From Malacoraja senta (taxonomy: Eukaryota), in contig JAXLNO010000516.1 in assembly GCA_038087875.1 (NCBI GenBank), positions 1 through 64,000 of the forward strand: 64,000 nt of DNA, given 5' to 3'. Both the position numbers and the translations under genes were made by a program. The notes under the pieces were generated by a model. It saw nothing but the letters and a program-made list of their open reading frames with translations. It was not told where the DNA came from and did not search any database. This document shows positions 23,101-37,336 of this stretch, one piece after another; the stretch's first letter is position 1; every line of letters begins with the position of its first letter.

Positions 23101-26100
23101 ACTTCTCTTATGTGGGAAACGTTTAAAGCGTTTGTTCGAGGTGCATTAATTTCTGCTCAAGTATTTTATAATAAAGAGAACAGGATTAAACAACAAACAT
23201 TGGAAAGGGAAATCAAGCAACTAGATATAGAAAATGCGAGAATGCCATCTATTTCAAAACATAATAAAATTGCTGTATTGAAATATAAATTAAATAAAAT
23301 GTATTCAGAACAAGTAATAAAACTTTATCAAAAAACCAAACAATTACATTTTGAATTTGGAGACAAACCACAAAAACTATTACACGTCAGTTACGAAAAA
23401 TGGAAGGGGAAAAAATAATTCATAAAATTAGAACAGAGACAGGAGAATTATTAAAAATGCCCAAGGACATAAATGAAAGATTTCTCCAATACTATCATAA
23501 CCTTTATTCAACTAAAACTGTAACACAAACAGAAGGAATAGCAGATGTTTTTACTAAAATGTAATTTAAAAGGTTTAGATTCAGATGATAGAGAATTATT
23601 AGAAAGGGAGATTACGATAAAGGATATTGAGGAGTCTATTGGCTCTTTAAAAAATGGTAAAGCAGTAGGACCAGATGGTTTAGGCTCTGAATTTTATAAA
23701 AAATTGTATGACTTGCTCAGCTCACGTTTACAAAGGCTGTATGAGTATATTTATACTCAACAGAAACTTCCAGATACTTTAAATGAATCTATAATAACAT
23801 TTATTCCTAAAGCTGATAAAGATCCGGAAGATCCGGGATCTAATAGAGCAATTGCACTTTTAAATACAGATCAGAAAATATTAACTAAAATACTAGCGCA
23901 TAGATTAAGTGCAGTGATGAATAAAATAATACACCCTGACCAAACAGGCTTTATTCAGAAACGGTACTCATATTATAATCTAAGAAGATTATTTAATATT
24001 ATTTATTCTAAGAGAATTATTAATGAAGATCTAGCACTAATCTCACTTGACGCTGAAAAAGCATTTGATCAGGTTGAATGGTCTTATTTATTTTCGGTGA
24101 TGGAAAATATGCAACTAGGGGAGAAATTCTGTACATGGATAAAACTGTTATATACAAATCCCACGGCTAGAATATTAACAAACCAAAGGTTGTCATCTAA
24201 ATTCAGCCTATCTAGAGGTTGTAGACAAGGATGCCCGTTATCTCCATTATTATTTGCGCTTGCTATTGAGCCACTGGCAGAAAGAGTTAGGGGGCATCCG
24301 GAAATATATGGGTATATCACAAAGGACACAGTGAATAAAATTTCTCTATACGCAGATGACGTACTAATTTACATTACAAAACCAGAAATTAGTATCCCAA
24401 ACTTATTAGAGCTAATAACCCAATTTGGTTCACTCTCAGGATACAGAATAAATTGGAATAAAAGTGAAATTATGCCAATAAGGGAACATAAACAGATAAT
24501 ACAACAATTTCCATTTAAAATAGTAAATGAAAAATTTAAATACCTAGGTATTTATGTAACTAAGACATATACATAATTATTTAAAGCAAATTTTCCCCCA
24601 TTACTGAATAAACTACATAAGAATATTCAATACTGGAAAACACTTCCTATCTCAATGGTTGACAAAATTAATGCCATAAAAATGATTTTTTTCCCGCAAA
24701 TATTATACCTTTTTCAGACAATTCCGATATATTTGTCAAAAAACTTTTTTTTTTAATTGGACTCCATTGTTAATGATTTTATCTGGGATTATAAGAATCA
24801 TAGGATAAACAAAAGACATTTGTGTAAATCAAAAATAAATGGAGGTTTGGTTTTACCCAACTTTCTGTTTTATTTTTGGGCAGTTAATATTAAAAATATG
24901 AATTTCTGGTTGGAAGAAATAGATCAACAACCAGATTGGTTAAAAATGGAAAAGGAAGATTGTTTGCCTTTTGATATCGGTTCGATATTATTTGCTACAT
25001 CTAAATTAAACAAAAAAATTTATAGGGAAAACCCTATAATATTTAGTGCCATACGCATTTGGAAACAATTAAAAAATACATTAAAATTATATAATTTATC
25101 ACTTATTCTCCCAATTGTGAATAACCCTTTGTTTAAGCCCTCATGGTTGGACAGGGGTTTTACACAATGGAAGAATTATGGAATTAAAAATATGGGACAA
25201 CTTTATAAGGAAGGCACTTTTCTGACATTTCAGGAGTTGCAACAGACTTATGGACTTCGAGGAAATGATTATTTCAGATATCTTCAACTCAGAGATTATG
25301 TAAAATCGAATACTCAAAATTTTCGAATTAGAAATTCAGAAATTCTTGACGAATGTTGGAATAAACATCCTAATACAGAAAAATTAATATCTTATATATA
25401 TAATATCTTATTAGACAGTGACATTCCATCGACGGACTTACACAGACACACATGGGAAAAAGAATTAAATCAAATAATAACGAAAGATACTTGGGAAGAA
25501 AGTTTACAACACATACATCAATGTTCATTAAATGCCAGACATTCTTTAATACAATTTAAAGTAATACATAGGTTACATTATTCAAAAACAAAATTACATA
25601 AAATCTTTCAACATATCTCACCTATATGTGATAAATGTCAACATTTAGAAGCTACCTTATCTCATATGTTTGCAAACTGTATAAAAATTAAAAAATTCTG
25701 GGTAAATATTTTTAGTATAATATCTAAAGTGACCAGCACACAAGTGGACCCGGATCCAAAATTAATAATACTCGGAACATTAGAATTAAATCAAACATTT
25801 ACAACAACACAAAGAAACTTTATTGATTATAGTATAATAACAGGAAAAAAATTAATTCTAAAATTTTGGAAAGGCCCTACGACCCCCACAATCAAAATGT
25901 GGATTATAGAAATGACGGAGACCTTAAACGTGGAAAGAATCAGATTTTCCCTGTTGGACAAACAGGAATTATTCGTTGGAACATGGTCTCCCTTTATTGA
26001 TTATTTAAAGGGTCAGAATGGTTCAGCACAGGAACCTGACTAATGCTCGGGCTAAAGAATGGATGAAATGCTATACTCTGAAATGTACGAATATATCTCG

Positions 26101-26405
26101 AATGAAGTTTTTTATTTTAATAAATGTTTCCATTCTTCTTTAACCATATTTTTTTGTTTTTTTTGTTTTGTTTTTTGTTTTTTTGTTTTCTCTTTTCTCT
26201 TTTTCTTCTCACTCTTTTCTTTCATTACTTCATCTATCTTTTTAGTTCTATCTAGTTTTTTTTTTTTAAAGGCAAAAGGTATTGGAGACAATGTAATAAT
26301 AATTGATAATATTATCAAATTAAAAATGTAAGACTGTAATGATGTTAATAGGTTGTGTACGTTCCTCCAATAAAAAATATTTAAAAAAAAAACAAAACAA
26401 AAAAA
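20103..26405 (+). mobile_element. Full-length L1-clade LINE with 15-bp TSD
   Basis: Starts GGACTTCCGG. ORF1 (~20330-21285) has a coiled coil and RRKNLRIVGV, RAHR and LLYPARL motifs. ORF2 (22238-26043) has WNVKG, LQET, SRIDY, SDH, DAEKAFD, RQGCPLSP, YADD and a C-terminal Cys/His knuckle, with several frameshifts and a stop. AATAAA at 26369 plus A tail; TSD AAACTGTACATTTAC at 20088-20102 and 26403-26417. Confidence 0.95.
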
Positions 26406-26424
26406 CTGTACATTTACTAAAAAG

Positions 26425-26630
26425 CACTGTCCCCTTAACACACTGAACCTTAACTCACTGTACCCTTAACTCACTGTACCCTTAACTCACTGTGCCCTTA
26501 ACTCACTGTACACTTAACTCACTGTACCCTTAACTCACTGTACCCTTAACTCACTGTACCCCTAACTCACTGCACCCTTATCTCACTGTACCCTTAACTC
26601 ACTGTACCCTTAACTCACTGAACACTTAAC
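26425..26630 (-). repeat. 16-bp tandem array in CR1-B 5' UTR
   Basis: Unit CCTTAACTCACTGTAC, ~12 copies; only ~7 copies in the mirror at 47265-47377. Confidence 0.9.
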
Positions 26631-26769
26631 CAGAAAGCAGAAATGCAAACTTGGGGTTGCTCCCAATCAGCTGCTCCCTCTAGTCCGCTTCCGCCAGACC
26701 ACTTCCTTGGATGTGTGATGGAACGTTACAAATTCGGTTCCTCTCGCTCCAACGGCTCCCGGGCCTTAC

Positions 26770-26827
26770 ATTAAGAGACACAGAGACAGACAGAGAGAGA
26801 GAGACAGACAGAGAGAGAGAGAGATAC

Positions 26828-26868
<41 letters not shown>

Positions 26869-26905
26869 GACAGACAGAGAGAGACAGACAGAGAGAGCGT
26901 GAGAC

Positions 26906-26938
<33 letters not shown>

Positions 26939-28165
26939 GACGGACAGAGAGAGAGACAGACAGAGAGAGAGAGACAGACAGAGAGAGACAGACAGACAGA
27001 GAGAGATACAGACAGAGAGAGACAGACAGACAGAGAGACAGACAGAGAGAGAGAGACAGAGAGAGAGAGAATGAAACCCAGAGAGAGACAGACAGAGAGA
27101 GAAATAGAGACAGAGAAAGAGGGAAAGAGAGAGAGAGAATGAGACCCAGAGAGAGGTAGACAGAGAGATGCAGAGAGACAGAGAGAGAGACAGAGGGAGA
27201 CAGACAGACAGAGAGCAAGGCATAGAGACAGAGGGAGACAGGAGAGACGGAGAGAGAGATAGAGACAGAGACAGGCAAAGAGAGAGACACACACACAGAG
27301 AGAGGAAGAGAGAGACAGAGAGCAAGAGACAGAGAGAGAGAGAGAGACAGAGACAGATAGAGAGAGACAGAGAGTGATACAGAGAGATGGAGAGAGACGG
27401 AGAGAGACGGAGTGAGAGAGAGAGAGACAGAGAAAGAGACGGAGTGAGAGACAGAGAGAGACAGACAGGGAGAGAGACAGAGAGAGAGAGAGTGAGTGAG
27501 AGACGGAGAGAGAGAGACAGAGAGAAATGGAGAGGGAGACGGGGAGAGAGAGAGAGAGAGATAGAGAGAGACAGAGATAGAGAGAGAGAGAGAGAAATGG
27601 AGAGGGAGACGGAGAGAGAGAGAGAGAGAGAGATAGAGAGAGACAGAGATAGAGAGAGAGACAGAGAGAGAGAGATAGAGAAATAGAGAGAGACAGAGAG
27701 AGAGACAGACAGGGATGGAGAAATATGAGAGGCAGATAGAGAGACAGAGAGAGTGAGACAGAAAGTGAGAGAAAGACAGAATGATAGAGAGAGAGAGAGA
27801 ATCAGAGAGAGAGATAGAGAGAGAGGCAGAGAGAGACAGAAAGAAACGGAGAGAGAGACAGAGAGAGAGAAAGAGAGAGAGAGAGACAGAGAGTGGGAGA
27901 AAGAGAGAGACGGATAGAGAGAGAGAGAGAAACGGAGAGAGTGAGACAGAGATGGAGAGAGACAGAGAGAGAGAGACAGAGAGAGACAGAGAGAGACAGA
28001 GAGAGACAGAGAGAGAGGGAGAGAGAGACAGAGAGAGACAGAGAGAGACAGAGTGAGACAGTCGGTGAGAGGGAGTGAGACAGAGAGTGAGGCAGAAAGA
28101 GAGACAGTGGGGGAGACAGAGAGAAAGGAATAAAGTAAAAATCTATCAATCAATCGATCAATCAA

Positions 28166-28197
<32 letters not shown>

Positions 28198-30050
28198 GCA
28201 GAGAGAGAGAAAGAAAGGCAGAGAGAGAGAGACAGAGAGAGCAACAGAGCAAGAGAGAGACAGAGAGAAACGGAGAGAGAGAGACAGAGAGAGAAACAGA
28301 GTAAGAGAGAGAGAGAGAAACGGAGAGAGAGAGACAGAGAGAGACAGAGAGAGAGAGAGAGAGAGGGAGAGCAAAGCAGTGCAGCGAAGGTTTACAAGAT
28401 TAATTCCTGCAATGAGGGGATTGACATATGAGGAAAGGTTAAGTAGGCTGGAACTCTACTCTTTGGAGTTTAGAAGAATGAGAGGCGATCTCATTGAAAC
28501 ATATAAGATCATGAGGGGCCTTGATCGGGTGGATGCACCGAGGATGTTCCCAATGATCGGGGAAACTAGAACTAGGGGACATAGTTGTAGAATAAGGGGG
28601 GGCTCTTTTAAAACTGAGATGAGGAAGAACTTCTTCACCCAGAGGGTGGTTAATTTATGGAATTCACTGCCCCAGGGAGCAGTGGAAGCAGAAACATTAA
28701 ATATATTTAAGTCTAAAATAGATGGTTTTTTAGCTGCCAAGGGGATAAGGGGCTACGGGGAGAGGGCAGGGATATGGACCTAGGTAGGGTTAGTATAGTA
28801 AGACCTGAGTGATCTCCTGGACAAGTGTCGATCGCCTGGATTGGGGTCGGAGAGGAATTTCCCGGATTTTTTTCCCGAATTGGACCTGGGTTTTTATCCG
28901 TTTTTTTGCCTCCCCCAGGAGATCACTCGGTTCTTGGGGTGGAGAGGGGTAATAGCGCTATAAAGGGGAGGGTAGTGTCTTGTGTTCTGTGTCTTGTGTC
29001 TACTGTTTGTGGGTGGGGGTGTTTGTTTGGTGTTCAGCCATGAGCGAATGGCGGTGCGGGCTCGATGGACCTGGTGGTCTGCTCTCGCACCTACTTTCTA
29101 TGATTCTATGATTCTATGAAAGCAAGAATTTCATTGTCCTATCAGGGCCACATGACAATAAACTCACTTGAACTTGAACTTGAACTTGGACAGATATAGA
29201 CATCGAGATACACAGAGAGTGAGAGAGAGAGTGAGAGACAGAGAGAGGGCAGAGAGATACAGAGAGAGACAGAAAGAGACAGAGAGAGAGAGACAGAGAG
29301 AAACAGAGAGATACAGATAGAGAGAGACCGAGAGAGACAGAGAGAGGGAGAGAGACACAGAGGGAGAGAGACACAGAGGGAGAGACAGAGATAGAAAGAC
29401 AGAGAGTGACAGACAGAGAGAGAGTGAGAGGGAGAGATGGGGAGATAGGGGGTGTGACAGAGAGAGAGAGAGAGTGTGAGAGAGGGACAGAGAGAGAGGC
29501 AGAAAGAGAGAGAGAGAGACAGAGAAAGAGAGAGAGGGACAGGGGGACAGAGAGAGCGAGAAAGAAAGAGAAAAGAGGGAGAATGAGAGGGAGTGTCAGA
29601 GAGAGGGACAGAGACAGAGAGAAACAGAGAGGGAGACAGAGAGGGGCAGAGAGAGAGAGGGAGAGGCAGAGAAAGAGAGTAAGAAAGACAGAGAGAGGGA
29701 GAGCCAGACAGGGAGAAATAGAGAGAGAGAGAGAGAGACAGAGAGAGAGGGAGAAAGAGCGAGACAGGCAGAGAGAGAGAGAGAAACAGAGAGAGAATGA
29801 GACAGAGAGAGATGGAGAGACGGAAAGAGAGAGAGACGGAAAGAGAGAGAGACAGAAAGAGAGAGAGAGAGAGTCAGTGAGAGACGGAAAGAGACAGAGA
29901 GATGCAGAAGGAGAGACAGTGGGAGAGAGAGAGAGAAAGAGAGAGAGAGACACACAGAGAGAGAGAGAGGGCGAGACAGATATAGACAGACAGAGAGACA
30001 CAGAGAGAGAGGGTGAGAGACAGAGAAAAGGGGAGAGAGAGATTGAGAGA

Positions 30051-30109
<59 letters not shown>

Positions 30110-30300
30110 AGGGAGAGAATTAGGTAGAGAGAGACAGATGGAGAGGGAGTGACAGAGAGAGACAGTGTGAGAGAGAGAGACAGAGAGAGAGACACAGTGA
30201 GAGACAGAGACAGAAATAGACAGAAAGAGAGAGGGAGACAGAGGGAGAGACAGAGAGAGAGAGGGAATGAGAGAGGCAGAGAAACAGAGAGAGAGAGAGA
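26770..30300. repeat. Very long degenerate (GA/GACA)n purine tract, interrupted at 28379-29190
   Basis: Almost pure AG/AC repeats; mirror at 44545-47120. Confidence 0.95.
28379..29118 (+). mobile_element. 5'-truncated CR1, left-arm specific
   Basis: ORF2 C-terminus, long 3' UTR and a canonical (ATTCTATG)n tail; TSD AAAGCA at 28373-28378 and 29119-29124; empty site near 45725. Confidence 0.9.
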
Positions 30301-31640
30301 GCACATTTGGAAAGTTGTGAAATCATTGGACAAAGTCAGCATGGATTTACGAAAGGTAAATCATGTCTGACGAATCTTATAGAATTTTTCGAGGATGTAA
30401 CTAGTAGCGTGGATAGGGGAGAACCAATGGATGTGGTATATCTGGACTTCCAGAATGCTTTTGACAAGGTCCCACATAAGAGATTGGTATACAAACTTAT
30501 AGCACATGCCATTGGGGGTTCAGTATTGATGTGGATGGAGAACTGCCTGGCAAACAGGAAGCAAAGAGTAGGAGTAAACGGGTCCTTTTCACAATGGCAG
30601 GCAGTGACTAGTGGGGTACCGCAAGCCTCGGTGCTGGGACCCCAGCTATTTACAATATATATTAATGATCTGGATGAGGGAATTGAAGGCAATATCTCCA
30701 AGTTTGCGGATGACACTAAGCTGGGGGGCAGTGTTAGCTGTGAGGAGGATGCTAGGAGACTGTAAGGTGACTTGGATAGGCTGGGTGAGTGGGCAAATGT
30801 TTGGCAGATGCAGTATAATGTGGATAAATGTGAGGTTTTCCATTTTGGTGGCAAAAATAGGAAAGCAGACTATTATCTAAATAGTGGCCGACTAGGAAAA
30901 GGAGAGATGCAGCGAGACCTGGGTGTCATGGTACACCAGTCATTGAAAGTAGGCATGCAGGTGCAGGAGGCAGTGATGAAAGCGAATGGTATGTTAGCTT
31001 TCATAGCAAAAGGATTTGAGTATAGGAGCAGGGAGGCTCTACTGCAGTTGTACAGGGTCTTGGTGAGACCACACCTGGAGTATTGCGTACAGTTTTGGTC
31101 TCCAAATCTGAGGAAGGACATTATTGCCATAGAGGGGAGTGCAGAGAATGTTCACCAGACTGATTCCTGGGATGTCAGGACTGTCTTATGAAGAAAGACT
31201 GGATAGACTTGGTTTATACTCTCTAGAATTTAGGAGATTGAGAGGGGATCTTATAGAAACGTACAAAATTCTTAAGGGTTGGACAGGCTAGATGCAGGAA
31301 GATTGCTCCCGATGTTGGGGAAGTCCAGGACAAGGGGTCACAGCTTAAGGATAAGGGGGAAATCCTTTAAAACCGAGATGAGAAGAACTTTTTTCACACA
31401 GAGTGTGGTGAATCTCTGGAACTCTCTGCCACAGAGGGTAGTCGAGGCCAGTTCATTGGCTATATTTAAGAGGGAGTTAGATGTGGCCCTTGTGGATAAA
31501 GGGATCAGAGGGTATGGAGAGGAAGGCAGGTACGGGATACTGAGTTGGATGATCAGCCATGATCATATTGAATGGCAGTGCAGGCTCGAAGGGCCGAATG
31601 GCCTACTCCTGCACCTATTTTCTATGTGTCTATGTTTCTA
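30301..31640 (+). mobile_element. 5'-truncated CR1 (RT to 3' tail)
   Basis: QHGF, YLDF, FADDTK; the TAA at 30763-30765 is shared with the mirror copy at 43208-44545. Confidence 0.9.
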
Positions 31641-31809
31641 TGAGAGAGAGAGAAGAGAGAGAGAGAGAAACAGAGATAGACATATACAACGACAGAGAGA
31701 GACAGAGAAAGAGATAGAGGGTGAAAGAAAGAGAGAGACAGAAAGAGAGAGAGAGTGTTTAATGTTTAATGTATATATCAACGTTTACTGTATAATGTTT
31801 GTATATATG

Positions 31810-33440
31810 TATAATATATATATCAACGATTTGGCAGTAAAGCTGGACCAGAGCACAGCGCTGGGCCTCTGTCTTCTGGACGGAGAGGTAAAATCCCTGT
31901 TTTATGCGGATGACTTGGTTCTGCTGTCCCCCACAGAACAGGGACTGCAGCAACAGTTGGACCTACTTGATGAGTACTGCCAAATTTGGGCCCTGGCAGT
32001 AAATCTAAAGAAAACCAACATCATGGTTTTTCAGAAAAGACCCAGATGTCAGGAAGGTAAATACAAATTTACTCTCAATGGTATTATTATCGAACACACT
32101 ATGAGCTATACTTACCTTGGTCTAACTGTTGCAGCATCAGGGAGCTTCAACATTACAGTGAATGCACTAAAAGAGAAAGCTCGAAGAGCTCTGTATGCAA
32201 TAAAAAGAAGATTCTACAACATCCAAATTCCAATTAAAATCTGGCTTAAAATATTTGACAGTGTAATCCAGCCTATTGCGCCTTACGGTGGTGAAGTATG
32301 GGTCCGCTCAGTCACCATATTTATAATAAATGGGAAAAACATACAACTGAGGCCCTGCATGCGGAATTTTGTCGGAACATTCTCCGCTTCCAAAGGAAAA
32401 CATCAACAAATGCATGTAGGGTGGAATTAGGCAGATACCCACTGATAATAAATATCCAGAAAAGAGCACTAAATTTTTGTAATCACCTTAAATCTAGCCC
32501 CCCAGATACCCTCCAGTTTAAAGCCCTTAAAAACACAAGAGGGGAGCCCAGCAAAGGATTCCCTGTGTCCGTTGCTACTGAGACTAACTACCCCTATTCA
32601 GTTAAACCCTATCCAGTTAAACCCTGACCAGCCCCAGATCAATACTGATCCCCAATCACCAGTTAGAGTGAACCAAATTATCAAACAATGTAAAGAAACG
32701 TATTTGGAACATTGGGATAAAGAAACCAAAAGCCAAAGCAGATTAGAATGTTACCGTGCCCTAAAAAGAGATTATAAATTGGCAGACCATCTCTCAACTG
32801 TTAGGGACATAAACAGAGACAGACCCTCAACAAATACAGGCTAAGTGACCACTATTTGGAAGTTGAAAAGGGAAGACTGAAGAGATTCTGGCAACCAAGA
32901 GAAAGCAGAATATGCAGCCACTGTTTGACAGATGAGGTTGAAACAGAGGTGCACTTCTTCCTAAAATGCAAAAAAATTGACAAAACAAGGAAAACATACT
33001 TTGACAAACTCAGTCCTGGGAACCCTTGATTTTAATGAACTGGATGACACATCAAAACTAAGAATAATCCTTGGTAAAGGAAATACAGCACATCTTGGTG
33101 CACAATACGTAACAGCATGCCATAACCTGAGCGACGGCGAATGACCAATATGCACATATGTACGCACCCTCTAATTGACATTACCTGACACTAAGAAATT
33201 AATATTGAATTGCTAAACTTGCTATTCTGTTGTACTGCTTACAGCTGCAAGAACGTGTAGCAATCAATAAAGGGCTATAGGCCTATTGCGAGTTTATGTA
33301 CAGGGACATATCTATCTATGCACTATACTTGTATTTATACTTATGCATTTAAAATATGTATGTCATGTTTTATACTTTGTCAATATAACAATGTATTTTT
33401 TATCATGCCAATAACGTTTTTTAATTGAAATTGAAAATTC
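31810..33440 (+). mobile_element. 5'-truncated non-LTR element, RTE-X-like
   Basis: IYINDL..FYADDLVLLS..VNLKKT, C-terminal RLSDH..EKGR..CxxC..HF..C; tail GCCAATAAC..TTGAAATTGAAA abutting (GA)n. Confidence 0.7.
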
Positions 33441-33750
33441 AGAGAGACAGAGAGTGAGAGACAAAGAGTGACAGAGAGGGAGACAGGGGGGAGAGAGAGA
33501 GAGAGAGGAAAGACAGAGACATGGAGACACAGAGAGACAGAGAGAGAGACAGAGGGAGAGACATAGAGAGAGAGAGAGACAGAGAGACAGAGAGAGAGAA
33601 ACGGAGAGACACATAGGGAGAGACAGAGAGGGGAAAGAGAAAGAGAGAGACACAGAGAGTTAGAGAGAGAGACAGATGCAGAGAGAGGGAGAGAGAGGGA
33701 GGGTCAGAGAGAGATAGAGAGAGAGAGACAGAGAGAGAGGAGAGGGAAGC

Positions 33751-33801
<51 letters not shown>

Positions 33802-33884
33802 CGGAGAGAGACAGGGAGAGAGGGAGGGAGACAGAGAGACAGTGAGAGAGCCAGATAGAGAGAGAGAGACAGATAGAGAGAGAG

Positions 33885-33915
<31 letters not shown>

Positions 33916-34068
33916 GAGAGAAACAGTGAGATAGAGAGAGGGAGAAAGAGAGTTACAGAGAGAGAGAGACGAGAGGGACAGAGAGAGAGAGAGAGGGAGA
34001 GACAGACAGAGAGAAAGAGAGAGAGAGACAGAAAAAGAGAGAGACAGACAGAGAGAGACAGAGAGAGA
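33440..34068. repeat. (GA)n-rich tract
   Basis: Low-complexity purine run; mirror at 40650-41270. Confidence 0.95.
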
Positions 34069-34147
34069 GTGCTGGAGTAACTCAGCGGGTCAGGCAGCAT
34101 CTGTGGAGAGAAGGAATGGGTGACATTTTGGGTCGAGACCCTTCTCT

Positions 34148-34462
34148 GGTTTAGTTTAGTTTAGAGATGCAGCGTGGAAACAGGTCTTTCGGCCCACGGA
34201 CTCTGCGCCGACCAGCGATCACCCCGTACACTAGCACTATCCTACGCACATTAGGGACAATTTAACAATTTTGCGGAGGCCGATCAATCTACAACCATCA
34301 ATGTCTTTGAAATGTTGGAGGAAACTGGAGCACCCGGAGTAAAAAGCCATGCAGGTCAAGGGGAGAACGTACAAACTCCGCACAGACAGCACCCATAGGC
34401 AGGATCGTACCTAGGTCTCTGGCGGTGAGGCAGCAACTGTATCGCTGCGCCACTGTGCCGCG
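34148..34462 (-). mobile_element. Full-length HE1/V-SINE-like SINE
   Basis: The mirror at 40257-40570 reads TGGCGCAGCG (box A), GGTACGATCC (box B), the V-type core and a (CTAAA)n tail. Confidence 0.8.
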
Positions 34463-34691
34463 CAGAATTATATAACGGTTTCCTTCGCCATAAACGCACC
34501 CAATATGTGCTAGTAATGTCCTGTTTGCCAGCTTGTTGACCCTCTATGTTCCCCTCCTGCAGGGTTTAGGAGCCATTGCTGTGGACGGAGAGACGGGGAC
34601 GTGAGCGGCCATTGAGGGTGGCCAGGGTGCCGGTGAGCCCCCCCCTCCATCTGCGCGGTGTGTGGGCTGAGCTTCGCGGGGCTGAGCTTCG

Positions 34692-36086
<1,395 letters not shown>

Positions 36087-36286
36087 NNNNNNNNNNNNNN
36101 NNNNNNNNNNNNNNNNNNNNNNNNNNNNNNNNNNNNNNNNNNNNNNNNNNNNNNNNNNNNNNNNNNNNNNNNNNNNNNNNNNNNNNNNNNNNNNNNNNNN
36201 NNNNNNNNNNNNNNNNNNNNNNNNNNNNNNNNNNNNNNNNNNNNNNNNNNNNNNNNNNNNNNNNNNNNNNNNNNNNNNNNNNNNNN
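36087..36286. other. Assembly gap (200 N)
   Basis: Run of N; the round length suggests a placeholder of unknown true size. Confidence 1.
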
Positions 36287-36675
36287 GCTGGCTACCTCCC
36301 ATCCATTCCCCTTACTCCCCCAAGCTGGCTACCTCCCAGCCATTCCCCTTACTCCCCAAGCTGGCTACCTCCCATCCATTCCCCTTACGCCCCCAAGCTG
36401 GCTACCTCCCATCCATTCCCCTTACTCCCCCAAGCTGGCTACCTCCCATCCATTCCCCTTAATCCCCCAAGCTGGCTACCTCCCATCCACTCCCCTTACT
36501 CCCCCAAGCTGCATACATCCCATCCACCTTTAGCCCCCAAGCAGGCTACCTCCCATTCCCCTTACTCCCCTAAGCTGGCTACCTCCCATTCCCCTTACTC
36601 CCCCAAGCTGGCTACCTCCCATTCCCCTTACTCCCCCAAGCTGGCTGCCTCCCATTCCCCTTACTTCCCCAAGCT
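36287..36675. repeat. ~37-bp (decaying to ~33-bp) C-rich minisatellite
   Basis: Unit GCTGGCTACCTCCCATCCATTCCCCTTACTCCCCCAA, starting at the gap edge. Confidence 0.9.
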
Positions 36676-36899
36676 GGCCTGGCTCCCACCGCACTGTCAT
36701 GGGCTGTGGGCCGGCAGCGCGCACACACACACACACAGACACGGGGCCGGGTGGAGCGGGGTCGCGGCTCCGGGCAGCGGACACACGGGGCCATAAACCC
36801 GGCAACATCCCCGTCACCTGCAGCAGAGTTGGGGACAGTCTGGGCCCTCCACCCACCAGAGTCACTGACCGAGCTGCACCGGCACCACGACCCCCTACC

Positions 36900-37336
36900 A
36901 TGGTGATTCACCCCCCCCCCCCGAGCCACACACTGGAGTGATTAAACCCCCCGACCCACACAGTGGAGTGATTCAACCCCCCCCCGACCCCCACACTGGA
37001 GTGATTCACCCCGCCCCCCGACCCACACACTGGAGTGATTCACCCCCCCGGACCCACACAGAGGTGATTCACCCCCCCCCCGAACCTCACATAGTGGAGA
37101 TTCACCCCCCCCCTCGACCCGCACACTGGAGTGATTCATCCCCCGGACCCCCACATGGGGTGATTCACCCCCCCCCCCCGACCCACACACGGTGGTGATT
37201 CACCCCCCCCCCCGACCCCCACACCATGGTGATTCACCCCCCCCCCGAACCTCACACAGTGGTGATTCACCCCCCCCGACGCCTACAATGGGGTGATTCA
37301 CACACCCCCGGACCCCCACAATGGGGTGATTCACCC
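36900..37336. repeat. ~30-33-bp minisatellite with poly-C runs
   Basis: Unit ~GGAGTGATTCACCCCCCCCGACCCACACACT. Confidence 0.9.

Larger units (their letters stand above)
16118..26770 (-). mobile_element. Near full-length CR1 'family B', interrupted in its 5' UTR by an L1
   Basis: Esterase ORF1 (~20033-19096); APE and RT ([27 protein letters not shown]) at ~19090-16126, with frameshifts. The 5' UTR with a 16-bp array continues at 26418-26770. Confidence 0.9.

Noticed and set aside
26680..30370. Long Ser/Leu- or Glu/Arg-rich ORFs (also 15609-16187, 40618-41346, 44477-47217, 55248-55980)
   Set aside because: Translations of (GA)/(TC) microsatellite that lack stops by composition.
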